DNA of 64,000 nt from Octopus sinensis (taxonomy: Eukaryota): the NCBI RefSeq assembly GCF_006345805.1, contig NC_043014.1, positions 1,736,001-1,800,000 of the forward strand, given 5' to 3'. The notes beneath the pieces were generated by a model, which was not told the DNA's origin, did not search any database, and saw only the letters and a list, made by a program, of their open reading frames with translations. Shown here one piece after another: positions 23,176 to 36,564 of the stretch (position 1 is its first letter; every line of letters begins with the position of its first letter). The position numbers were made by a program, and so were the translations under genes.

Positions 23176-25984
23176 CACAACAGAATTGAGATCCTAAAAC
23201 CGCGGTGCCAGATGAAAAAGTGTTGGTGTGGGGGTGCTGGTGCCTCATAAAAGGCACAGTTGCTGGTGTCACTTAGAAAGCACTGGTGATGGTATTTTGT
23301 AAATACTTCTAGAAAAAGATTTAGGGCTAAAAGGAGTCAGGCCTTGGGTTGTCAGCAAGCAGAAATACAGCCAGCCGGTGGCACGTTAAAAGCACCAACC
23401 GATCGTGGCCGATGCTGGACCCCCCTGGCACCTGTGCAGGTGGCACGTAAAAAGCACCCACTACACCCGCGGAGTGGTTGGCGTTAGGAAGGGCATCCAG
23501 CTGTAGAAACTCTGCCAGATCAAGATTGGAGCCTGGTGCAGCCCCTGGCTTCACAGACCCCGGTCGAACCGTCCAACCCGTGCTAGCGCGGAATACGGAC
23601 ATTAAATGATGATGATGATGATGTGCCAGGGTCCAATATCATTTCCTTCTAGAAGTCCTCACTTTCTTTAGTAATGTAAGACAGGGCCCAAGTTGACACA
23701 AATGTCTGTGTGTAGGAAGGAGAACTAGAAACATGACAGATGATGTAGCAAGGTCCAACAGAATTTCTAAATACAAGAACTTATTATTTTTTTTCCTTTT
23801 GGTAATCATCATCATCATCATCGTTTAACGTCCACTTTCCATGCTGGCATGGGTTGGACAATTTGATTATGAGGCTGGCCACTGGCAAACCAGAAGGCTG
23901 CTCCAGTCTGATCTGGCAAGGCTTCTACAGCTGGATGCCTTTCCTAACGCCAACCACTCCAAGAGTGTAGGGGGTGCTTTTAACATACCACTGGCAGAGG
24001 AGCCAGTCAGGTGGCACTGACATTTACCATGCTCGGATAGTGCTTTTGACATACCAGTGGCACAGGTGCCATTCAGGAGGCACTGGCATTGGCCACAACT
24101 ACGATTTGAGTGCCACCTCTCCCTAAATTTTAACATAGGGGTCACTACTCTAAAACAGGGCTCGTATTATCGTTCATCTTTCACTTGTTTCATTCATTAG
24201 ACTGTGGCCATGCTGGGGTACCTCCTTGAAGGTATCCCCCCCCCAGTACTTGTAAAACCTAATTATTTTATCAATTCCTTTTGCTGAATTGAGAGGGGGA
24301 AACAAACACACACACACACACACATACATACGACAGGCTTCTTTCAGTTTCCATCTACCAAATCCACTCATGGGGCTTTGGTAGACACTTGCCCAAGATT
24401 CCACACAGTGGGACTGAACTTGGAACCATGTGACTGGGAGACTGATGGATAATATTTAACCCCTGTGAAGAATTAGCATCTGGTTGATTAAACTTTGGTA
24501 AAAAGGAATCACCAGGCTGCAAAAGAGTATTAATTACCCACACTCTAAAGAGTTGTAATCATTTCTCCCTAAGTCAGCCCTGTTTGAACTGGCCTGTAAT
24601 TCTAAGACATTCCAGCTATGACCCTTCTGCTTGTTTTTGCAGACAGTGTCTATCTGGAAGCACTCCGTCGGTTACGACGACGAGGGTTCCGGTTGATCCG
24701 AATCAACAGAACAGCCTGCTCATGAAATTAACGTGTAACTGGCTGAGCACTCCACAGACACATGTACCCTTAACGTAGTTCTCGGGGATATTCAGCGTGA
24801 CACAGAGAGTGACAAGGCCGGCCCCTTGAAATACAGGTACAACAGAAACAGGAAGTAAGAGTGAGAGAAAGTTGCGGTGAAAGAGTACAGCAGGGATCAC
24901 CACCATCCCCTGCCGGAGCCTCGTGGAGCTTTAGGTGTTTTCACTCAATAAACACTCACAACGCCTGGTCTGGGAATCGAAACCACAATCCTATGACCGC
25001 GAGTCCGCTGCCCTAACCACTGGGCCATTGCGCATCCACTAGTGTCTATCTAGGACTACACTAAAAATATGTTCCTTCCTTTTTTATTGTTGCTGTTGTT
25101 GTTATTTTAATACTGCAATGGGATTTGAAAATTATACAGCTGATATTTCTAGCATCCATGTAGAGGCTTCCTTGTTGAAGACAACCAAAACAAACTGAGG
25201 GAAAAAAATGTGAACAAAATAAAGAAAAGAAATTTTTTCCTTTTTTTAATAACTTTTAATTAGCATTTTAATTTCTGTACAGAAATAAAATTTTAGCAGT
25301 TTTAAATTTACAAGATTTCAGAAAATGTACAAAAAAGATAAATTATGAATTAGTTAATCAGGCATGAAGCCATTCTTTTAATCATTTATGCAAGGCAAGA
25401 AGAACTGAGTTTCTTGCCCAAGGGCACAAACATACACTGCTGTTAGCAAGATACGAACCCAATAAATTAATTAGTCTTAATTCATTAATCCACTGGGTTT
25501 ATGTGCCTCATAATTAGAATTTTTTTTTACTCTTTTGTTTTTGTTGTTGCATTGTCAAAAATTCTACTTTTTAGAGTGGAAGTGATGCAATGACATTCAT
25601 GCCTCTCCCAAGGGTTTTGTGACATAAGTAGTTGCTGTTTGAGAACCAGCAAAAATCTGTTGTCACGATAATATTTTCCCAATGTGGGCGAAATTAAAAA
25701 AGAATCGGGCAGTGGCTAAAAATATGTGTGTGGATAAGTGAAAGTTATTAAAGTTAACAGCAAAACTGAATGACCTGTGGCCAGTCTGGGGCAGGTAAAT
25801 GTAGAAGAGAAGAATTAAATAGAGTGGACACAGGGAGAAAGAGGGGATTAATTTAATCCCAGTGATTACATTGTGTGATACTCCTTATTCCTGTGTAATT
25901 TTATTTTTGATTTCTTAATTAGGGAAAAAGGCAGTGCTTGTGACACTTTTTAGGGCCCCTGAGACTGGTGAGAGAGAAGTAGGG

Positions 25985-26180
25985 GGCGGGACACGTGGTC
26001 AGAATGCTTACAAGATAGTGGACCCCGCTTAAGGCATGGGCCCGGGAGACGTGGTCAGAATGTTTACATGATAGTGGACCCTGCTAAAGGTATGGGGGCA
26101 GGAGACATGGTCAGAATGTTTACACGATAGTGGTCCCCACTAAAATATGGGGACAGGAAACGTGGACCCTGCTAAAGGTA
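25985..26180. repeat. ~55-bp tandem repeat x3
   Basis: GGAGACGTGGTCAGAATGTTTACANGATAGTGGACCC recurs three times. Confidence 0.8.
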
Positions 26181-29100
26181 CTCAAGATGGCAGTGGTGGA
26201 GGTGATGTTAAACTGGAGACCAAGTTAAGTTTATCACCTAAATTGGTTGTTGTGGGATCTGAAGGGCTGGAACAAATACAACAAGGCATCTCATCTGATA
26301 TGCAAACAATTCTATCAGTGCATCCCTTTAGACTGGTTCTTTCTGGGACATCTCACTCCCAATTGCACTCCTCCCAAAGATTGAAAGCAAAATTGTACCT
26401 CAACAGGATTTGAACTCAGAATATCCGGTGTCAGACTCAAATCAGTGCCACAAGTTATTTTGTCTCGCATATTAACAACCTGATTAACCCTCATTACCAT
26501 AAGTGATTAACCCATGTCGCCATATATTTCTGATTAACCCTCATCACCATATTTCTCTGGAAATACCTTACAGCCTTCATTAATTAAATTATTTTTGAAA
26601 ATAATTAAAATCACTGTCCTTATTAACCCTGTTGAATCTATGAAAATGCTTTAGCCGATGCAGTTTTCATTTGATCAGAGTGTCCTTGAAAGGAGCTAAA
26701 GCAGGAGACCACGTGGTTTTGGGTTCACAGGAGACCACGTGGTTTTGCGTTCGCAGCTGCAAATAACAATGTTTCTGCCAATGAGCAAGCTGTGAACAGA
26801 AAGCCATGTTGTGTTTGCATCTCCTGGATGCAGAGTCAAATGTCCTCACATCTGTTACAGCATATTTGTAAATTGAAAGGGTTAATCTGGCGTTTGGAAC
26901 ATAGATCAATATGAAATTTCAATGAAGGGTTTTTATTTCGATCATTTTAAAAACAGGAAGTTGAACCAGAGACACTTTCAGGTGGGTTGTTATCAAAATG
27001 GTTAAGATACCTATTTCTTTACTACCCACAAGGGGCTAAACACAGAGAGGACAAACAAGGACAGACAAACGGATTCAGTCGATTACATCGACCCCAGCAC
27101 GTAACTGGTATTTGTTTAATCGATCCTGAAAGGATGAAAGGCAAAGTCGACCTTGGCGGAATTTGAACTCAGAAAGTAATGGCAGACAAAATACCTATTT
27201 TTTTACTACCCACAAGGGGCTACACACAGAGGGGACAGACAAAGGGATTAAGTCGATTACATCAACCCCAATGCGTAACTGGTACTTATTTAATCGACCC
27301 TGAAAGGATGAAAGGCAAAGTCAACCTCGGCGGAATTTGAACTCAGAATGTAGAGGCAGATGAAATACTGCTAAGCATTTTGCCCGGTGTGCTAACGTTT
27401 CTGCCAACTCGCCGCCTTAACATAAATATAATGGAAAAATCTAGAAGTGAAATCATGTCTAGGCTACTTCTCTTGTAATATACCGCCTTTCATCATCATC
27501 ATTTAATGTCCGTTGTCCATGCTGGCATGGGTTGGACGGTTTGACCAGGGCTGGCAAGCTGCACTAGACGCCAGTCTGATTTGGCATGGTTTCTACAGCT
27601 GGATGCCCTTCCTAATGCCAACCACTCTGAGAGTAGAATGGTGCTTCTATGTGCCATTTGTGTGACACCGGTATCTGCCACATCTGTGGTCTTACTTGGC
27701 TTGGTGGGTCCTCTTCTCAAGCACAGCATAATGCCAAATGGACTTGGTCATAACCTCTGTGAGGCCCACCGCTCAAAACCCAGCATAATGGCAAATGGTC
27801 TCAGTCTTGCCTCCGTGAGTCCCTATGCTCAAAAGATGCTTTTGCATGCCTGTTTTAATTAATTTTGAAATTAATGAAGAATTCAGTAAAATCATTTGGT
27901 CATTACTTAGTGTTTGGAATAGAAATCGTGAAATTTTGATGGGACCTTTTAATTTAGATCACTTGAACTCCTTTTGTTACTATATTTCTGTTAAAACACA
28001 CTGCCTTTGTGTTAATTAATTTTGAAATTAACGAAGATTTTAGTCAATAACTTTAGTCATTATAAAGCTGGTGTTAGCAATAAATAAATATGAAACATTG
28101 ACATGGAAGGTTTTAAGACCACTTTAAAAACAAAGTCTGCATTAAAGAACCAAGGATGGGATGGTATCAAAGAGGTTAGTAGCCAGTCACAATAGAATAA
28201 GTAATAAATTCACAGCATATGAAGTTAAGTTATGACAGTTGGACATGTCTATCACAGCTGGTGCGTTCACGTACAAAGACTGACATGTTTATTGTTTGAG
28301 ACAAAAGCTTAAAGACTTTGTAGGTTAAGTGACCTTTCTAGCTGAAGTTTTAGGGTCAACACATTACCAACTGTGAGACTTGTTGATGTATTAAACCTTT
28401 TTTTCCATGAGATCAGTTAGGGTGCTACCATGTAGATAGATTGCTAGTGGAGTTGGGCGGGGGTGGGTTTGAGGGGTTTGTGGTAGTTATGGTAATTACT
28501 TACGATCAATCACCATTCCAAGTTGTGAAGGTCATTCAAAAATAAACTACAATTACAAACCCTTACAAAGTCATTATTATTATCATTTAACATAAGACGG
28601 CGAGCTGGTAGAATCGTTAGCACGCTGGACAAAATGCTTAGCACTATTTCGCCTGTCCTTACGATCTGAGTTCCAATTCCACCGAGGTCAACGTTGCCTT
28701 TCATCTTTTTGGGGGTCGATAAATTAAGTGCCAGAGAAACACTGGGGTCGATGTAATCGATTAGTCCCCGCTCCAAAAATTTCAGACCTTGTGTCTATAG
28801 TAGAAAGGATGATTATCATTTCACATCCATTTTCCATGCTGGTATGGGTTGGACGGTTTGACAGGAGCTGGCATGGTTTCTATGACCAGACACGCTTCCT
28901 AATGCTAACCACCTTATTAAGACAAATATTTTAAATTAAACTTAACAAGTTGCCCCCCGCTAGCACCCCAACAAAGAACATTGCTTGAGAAACAATGGGT
29001 TAATTTTAATTGAAATTTCAAGAATCTTGTTTAATTTTTGTCTCTAATTATAAATTTCTTCCATAAAGTAATATTTATATTTCAAAAATTTGGTAGAAGG

Positions 29101-31026
29101 GAATGAGGAATTGAAGTTTTGTTTTTAGCATCCATGACCCTTTGTATCGCATTTTCTCAGAACATAGCCCCACATACCATATCCCCTAAAAAAAAGATAA
29201 ACATAGAAATAATAATAATAATCCTCATTTAGACACAAGGCCAGCACTTTGAGGGGAGGGGCAGAGTTGATACCATCAACCTTTGTACTTGACAGGTACT
29301 TTATTTTATTGACCCCACAACAAGCTACAAGCGAAACACTTGTGACCCTGAGATACGTGCTGACAATATGGAAGCATTCCCCGCATTGCAATAGATTTAG
29401 AAAAATTTGCAAAACCTGGGTGGTTCCAACAGTTTCTGCCAGGGGCAAAGTATCTCTGATGTTTAATTTCACTTTCACTATCAAAATACTGCAAAACATT
29501 TGGTTCAACATTAACTGTGACACCACTTCTCTCTTGTAATGATACAGTTTTTAATTTAGGCCCAAGGTCGGCAATTTGAAAGGGAAGGGGGTTAGTCAAT
29601 AACACTCATCTCAGTGCCTGACTCCCAGAAGAATGTAAGTTAAAGCTGACCTTGGTAGGATTTGAACTCAGAACAAAGCTAGAAGGAATAGCACAAAGCG
29701 CTTTTCCTGATGCTCTACAGATCCTGCTAATCCATTAACTTCTAATAATAATAATTCTTTCTACTGTAAGCACAAAGCCTGAAATTTTAGGGGGGTGGTT
29801 AATTGATTACATCAACCCCCAGGGGTCAACCGATACTTGTTTTATCAACCATGAAAGGATAAAATGCAAAAACCACCTCAGCAGGACTTGAACTCAGAAT
29901 GTAAACGACCAGATGAAATGCCACTAAGCATTTTGTCCACTGCAATAACAATTCTGTTAGTTCACTGACTTTCTAATAATCATCATCACCGTTTAATGTC
30001 CGTTTTCCATGCTGGTGTGGGTTGGACGGTTTGACTGAAGTCTGGCAAGCCAGGAGGCTGCACCAGGCTCCAATCTGATCTAACGCCGACCATTCCATGA
30101 GTGTAGTGGGTGCTTTTTACATGCCACCAGCACAGGAGCCAGTCAGGCAAGCCTAGTAATCAACTAGAGATCTGAATTGAATAAGCAATTCCAGAAAGTC
30201 TAAGAATTGTCTAGGAACTGGTTTCAATAGCTGAATATCTGTCAAAAGAATTACAAGACTGAATTTTGGTATTGGAACCAATGGCCAGGACCCGAAGTGC
30301 TCAGTGCCATGGTAACTGAAGTATTTCAGTGATCTACAGACAAGTCACTCAGGGACCAGTATATAGATTCCTGTAATAAATACCAGTAATACACCAGGTT
30401 AATACAGTTCAGTGAATTGTCTGAGTATATCTAGAAATATTTAACAGGGCACGCAGTAAAGAGGGTGGAGTTTGTGAGGTGAGGGTTAAAAGACCTTCCC
30501 TCACATCTATTCCAATGGTAAATATTTTACCACCATGGGGCAATGATAAAAGAAACATTGTCCATTTAACTAATAAGGGGTTCATGGCTGTGTGGTTAAG
30601 TTGGCTTTGCAACCACATGGTTCTGGGTTCAGTCTCACTGCATGGCACCTTGGGCAAGTGTCTTCTACTATAGCCTTGGACTGACAAAAACTTTGTTAGT
30701 AGATTTGGTAGATGGAAACTGAAAGAAGCCCATCGTATATATATATATATATATATATATCACAATCAAGGAACGGCCATAATAGGCCATACCCACTAGA
30801 AATAACAGCCAAAAGCTTTAACCGCAAAATAACATCAATTCCGTAAACCAGGAGAAAATTAAAAAAAACATTTTTGGCTGTTATTTCTAGTGGGTGAATG
30901 GCCTATTATGGCCGTTCCTTGACTGTGATGTTGAACTTAAAAATGGTATATGACTATTTAATTTTTCCCACTAGGCCGCTGGTGGCAAAAAAATTCTACA
31001 AAATTTTTTTTGCCACCCTATATTGA

Positions 31027-31082
<56 letters not shown>

Positions 31083-31830
31083 TTGTCTCCCACCATCTGT
31101 TGACAACCAGTGTCGGTGTAGTTATGTCCCCGTGACTTAGCAGTTTGGCAAAAGGTAACCGACAAAATAAGTACCAGGCTTTAAAAGACGAAATAAGTGC
31201 TGGTGTCCGATTCATTCAACTAAAAATACTTCAAGGTGGTGTCCCAGCATGGCCGCAGTCCAACGACTGAAACAAGTCAAAAGCAGTTGCCTGTGTTATT
31301 TATACAAATATATTTAAGCCAAGACAGAGATGTCAGCTGCTGTAATAACTGACACGAAGGGAACTGTGAGGTGACAGGGACGAGATTTTGTTAATATAAC
31401 ATTGAAATGTCAAAACAGCAGCTCATGCATTCCTCTCTGGAATCATAAATCCTATTGCTGTCTGTTGTTGAAGTTTATAAAGAAATTAGTTTTTATGTCC
31501 AAATTCAAATAATGAGAAAAAAAAAATATATATATTTTCTGATGTAACACATCGCCTATGTAATTTCAGTGGTGTAAGCTCTGTGTGTGTGTGTGTTTGT
31601 GTGTGGTCTATTTTATTTTGAGAAGGGAAGGCATAACAGTTACTTCAAAACTTGTGCTTAATAGCTTTAAGCATGTTCAGTTTTACAAGCCATACATGTC
31701 TGTCTACCTATGTATCTATATATCTATATATATAACGGGAAGCTTTATGAAAATAAACAAAAGACGAAGGCAGGTGGAATACAAACAAACAATTGTATTA
31801 GTATGGCGCTCAGGAATATAAATAAAACAA

Positions 31831-31870
31831 GTCTTTTACGTTTCGAGCCTACGCTCTTCAACAGAAAGAT
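31831..31870 (-). ncRNA. Minimal hammerhead-like motif in a Penelope-like remnant
   Basis: TCTTT CTGTTGA A GAGC gtag GCTC GAAA CG TA AAAGA: stems I and II pair fully; core has an A6>U variant. Confidence 0.55.
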
Positions 31871-33746
31871 ACCCAGAAAAGAAACACGGAGAGAAACAAG
31901 GAGAGAGAAAAAATGCGTGCAGAGGCTAGCGAAGGTAGACAGTTTAAGATATATAGGTTTAAGATATATATCTCATCGTCAACATCATTTAACATCCATT
32001 TTCCATGCTGGCATAGGTTCGACAATCTGACCGGAGCTGGCAAGCCACAGAGCTGCACCAGGCTCCATTTTCAATTTTGGCATGGGTTCTACAGCTGGAT
32101 GCCCTTCCTAATGCCAACCACTTCGCAGAGTAGACTGTGTGCCTTTTACACGGACACACACACTTGGTTAATCTTATGGATGGCAAAATGAGGCTGCAAA
32201 GTTGGTATGTATTACATACATCCATACTTCGGGATCAAATGTGAGACCTGGTGATAGTAAAGCAAACACTTCAACTGTTCGATCATCATGTCTGCTCAGT
32301 ATTTGGGGCCAGGATGTTTCATCACAGCTTCAACTCAACCCATGCCTCTATATAGAGAGAAACTGTGAGGAAGCCTATCATATGGATTGTACTAGAAATT
32401 TAAAATGTCCAGCCTTGTCATATACTAAGCCTGCCAGAAAATTACACTAAGGGTATCTATATGTCTGTGGAATACTCAACCATTTATATATACGACAATG
32501 TATAGATTTTACTCATTGAAGGATTCATTCACTATTTTATCTTTTCTAATATATTCTACACATATATCAGGAGTGGCTGTGTGGTAAGTAGCTTGCTTAC
32601 CAACCACATGGTTCCGGGTTCAGTCCCACTGCATGGCACCTTGGGCAAGTGTCTTCCGCTATAGCCCCGGGTCGACCAATGCCTTGTGAGTGGATTTGGT
32701 AGACGGAAACACAAAGAAGCCCGTCATATATATGTGTGTGTGTGTGTGTCTGTGTTTGTCCCCCTAGCATTGCTTGACAACCGATGCTGGTGTGTTTACG
32801 TCCCCGTCACTTAGCGGTTCGGCAAAAGAGACCGATAGAATAAGTACTGGACTTACAAAGAATAAGTCCTGGGGTCGATTTGCTCGACTAAAGGTGGTGC
32901 TCCAGCATGGCCGCAGCCAAATGACTGAAACAAGTAAAATAGTAATAATCTGAGTGGCCGGTAATCTCGCACAAATAAAATATGCACACACACCCACACA
33001 CAGATCAAAAGAAAACATTTAACAACATAATTAGTTTCAGGTGAGATCGTTAAAAATCCCAACAAACAAATGATTAGTGGAGAGAGAAGAGGTTTAAGGT
33101 ATGACATTACTGCGTCTCTCTTTACAGAAATTAGAGATTCAGGGAAGAGAAATACCAATATGTTACCATACTGGAAATGGTAAATTGATAAAAATAGTTA
33201 TATCATACATACGCACATATAAAGCTGTATGCATATGTGTGTGTATATGTACATATATATATATATGTATGTATGTGTGTATGTATAAGTGAGTGTGTGT
33301 GTTTGAGTAAATGTTAAAATAGTGCTGTTATTTCAAAGCTAGTTAAGGCGGCAATTTGGCAGAATTATTAGTATGCTGGACAAAATGTTTAGCAGTATTT
33401 CATTCATTTTTATGTTCTGAGCTCAACTTTGCCTTTCATCCTTTAGGGACCAATAAAACGGGGACCAATCAAGCGCTGGGTTCAATAGGATCAACTTCCC
33501 CTCCCCTCAAAAACTGCTGGCTCTGTGCCGAAATTTGAAACTATTACGTTAGAACTAGTTGGGGCAACAAGCTGACAGAATGGTCAGCAGGTCAGACACA
33601 ATGCTTAGCAGTATTTTTTACACCTATTTACATTCTCAGTTCAAATCCTGTCAAAATAAACTTTGCCTTTCATCCTTTTGGGACTGATAAAGGTTACCAT
33701 GACAACCAGTGTTATTTCATACAGTTCTATATTTAGGAGATGAGGA

Positions 33747-34228
33747 ATTATGTAAAATTATTTACATTTGATGGATATTTGTCCTCATCTTGTTTGTTGT
33801 TAACACAACATTTCGGCTGATAAACTCTCCAGCCTTCATCAGGTGTCTTGGGGAAATTTCAAACCTGGGTTCTCATTCCTAAGGTATTTTTCGATGTTGT
33901 TGTTATTATTATTATTATTATTCAGGTCACTGCCTGGAATCAAACTCGGAATCTTGGGGTTAGTAGCTAGCGCTCTTAAACACTACACCACTATGCCCAT
34001 GGGCATATGACGTAGTGGTTAACAGCGTGGGCTACTAACCCCAAGATTCTGAGTTCGATTCCTGAATAATAATAATAATAATATTGAAAAATACCTTAGG
34101 AATGACCCAGATTCGAAAATTTCCCCAAGACACCTGATGATGGCTGGAGAGTATATCAGCCGAAACATTGTGCTAACAACAACCAAGGTGAGGACAAATA
34201 TCCATCAAATGTAAATAATGTAAATAAT
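33747..34228. mobile_element. Palindromic element: two head-to-head units of tRNA-like head plus minimal hammerhead
   Basis: ~240-bp inverted arms centred on TATGCCCATGGGCATA (33992-34007); A/B boxes; CTGATGA-N-GGCTG..CAGCC-GAAA core in each arm. Confidence 0.8.
34129..34175 (+). ncRNA. Minimal type-I hammerhead ribozyme motif; mirror copy at 33802-33847 (-)
   Basis: GACAC CTGATGA T GGCTG gagagtatat CAGCC GAAA CATT GTGCT; the other arm reads GAAA TGTT GTGTT, implying ancestral GAAACGTTGTGTT. Confidence 0.7.
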
Positions 34229-34971
34229 GTTATTTGTTATTTATGACTTTGAAAGCTGACCCAAAAGAGAGAGGGGTTCCAACTAGATGTTCTCTTCAAA
34301 TGGTTTAAATGCACAAGTCTCCAATGTCCAAGAGCTTAAAAAATATCAGTGGAAGGGTACCCAAGGGTCTTGACCTGGATGTGGCCTGGTCTCCTTACAG
34401 TATAAGAAGTTAAGGGTCGAAACGCTTGCCTGAGTTGGGAAGGGTTCTTCTCTCAAGACATTCTGCTGTTCAGCTTTCTTGACAGTTCCTTGCTACCTAA
34501 CAACGGTCAATAGCTGAAGTCGATGTAATAGAGGAGATCCGTCCTCTCAAAATTACTGACCTTGGGTCGAAATAAGAAAGAATTATTTTAAAACTAGTTT
34601 AAGAAGAACAGAACATTGACTGACCGGATAATTTTATTGTAAAATTCAAGTTGAGTAGGATCTAGTTTCGTTTATTATCCTATTCCACTAATTGGGTGAT
34701 ATAATGAGCTTATTATGACAAGAATTTGATATCCTAGTCAACTTGAACTTATCTATATATATACATATATATATGTATATATATGTGATATATGTATATA
34801 AATATATATATATATAACACCAATGTGGTGTTCAGCTCTTGTTTTCATCATTCGACATACATACAGTTTATATATATACAATGCATTGTTCAAGGAACAA
34901 AAGATAGAAAGTGTTAATGACAACATAAAAAAAAAATAAAATAAATAAAACAGATGTGAGGAATTTTTTTT

Positions 34972-34977
34972 TTTATT
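34972..34977 (-). terminator. Candidate ABCG polyadenylation signal
   Basis: AATAAA on the - strand ~1.4 kb after the stop, followed by a U-rich tract (complement of 34926-34950). Confidence 0.4.
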
Positions 34978-35412
34978 CGACTGAAAGATTAAAGTTTTTT
35001 AATTTAAAAAAATTTTGCATAAATTATTTACATGCAGAAAATAATATATTTACAAATTTTAGTCTCTCATACACACACTTGCGAGTAGACACACACACAG
35101 ATATACACACTCTTTTGCAAGTACACACACACCCTTGTGAGTACACACGCACACACATGCACACACTCTCTCTTGCAAGTACACACATACGCCACACGCA
35201 CATGCGCACACAATACATTTGAATAATTGACAGAAAAATTTTTTAGTTGCATGCAACACATTGAATGTACATATGCCAGCGTGTGAGTATACACATATAT
35301 ATATTTATATATATACACACACACAAAGATAGATAGCTAAATAGATAGATACATATACACACAATGTGAGTATATATCTGTGAATGTGTGTATGTATCTG
35401 GGTGTGTTTGTG

Positions 35413-35485
<73 letters not shown>

Positions 35486-36338
35486 GACAGTGTGAGTATA
35501 TAAGCATGGATATGTATGTGTGTGTGTGTGCATGTGAGTTAATTATGCGTTTACTGATCTGTGGAGTAGGTTTAATCTCTCTTTCTCTCTTTGTATACAC
35601 ACACACAGACACACTAAGACAGGCCCATAGCCTAATATACTCACTACTCTCTCCACCCACACCCCCTTATAATTATTGATAAACATAATAATATTTATCA
35701 AGAAATGTTGTTTTTTCTGTCCTTTTTTTCTTTTAAACCAAATATTTTGCAATTTTTAATTCTTTAAACAGAAATATAAACGTCTCCTCTCCTTCCTCGC
35801 CGAACCTGTGCCAACGCAGGGTCTGCAGGAGAGGGAGACACTGTGCTTGGTGATGCAATTCGATGACAAGCTATTGTTGTCATATTATCATAAATACCAT
35901 TATTATTATTGTTGTTATTATTATTATCTTAGCTGAAGTGTTATTGGCTATTGTGATGAAAGAGAGTATCTGTTGTCGCGCCTGGCAAACCTGACCTCTT
36001 GCTCACGCCCCCCCCCCTTTCGCTCTCTCTTTCTCTACATCACTATCATACATTGCAACAGCAGGAAGAAAGAATTATTATTTACTCAGATCAATTACCA
36101 ATCTGAAATTATCATGTTGGTGCTTTTATAGAATGTGTCTTTGATGTTGTTTTAGAATTGTTGGTTTTTGAAAGTTTTAAAAAACCAAAACAATTTTTTT
36201 TTTTTTTTTCAGAAATAAGAAATCTTATAAAAAAGGAGGAAAAAAAAAAAAAAGACTTTAAACCATTATAAGAACCTTCTTCAGAAAAGAGATCCTAGAA
36301 AGATTGCAGTGGTGGCAGTAGTAGTGGTGGTGGTGGCT

Positions 36339-36564
36339 TTATCGTTGGGCCTTCACCCTCCAACGCAGCACAAAATAACAGCCAATACGAATTATGACAA
36401 AGAAGATGCAGAGAACGATGAAATCTATGTAGAATTTTGCATGTTGGACATCCATTTCCTCCAGAACATCAGTGGCCTTCTGGAAAAGACAAGCTTTGTT
36501 TTCACAGTCTAGCGCTCCACGGTCGAATCCATAGATGGCTTGTAAGACTCCTTCGAAAGAATAC
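36339..36564 (-). CDS. ABCG1: ABCG terminal coding exon ([12 protein letters not shown]...[12 protein letters not shown])
   Basis: YxFEGV..IYG and YFVLR motifs; TAA stop. Confidence 0.95.
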
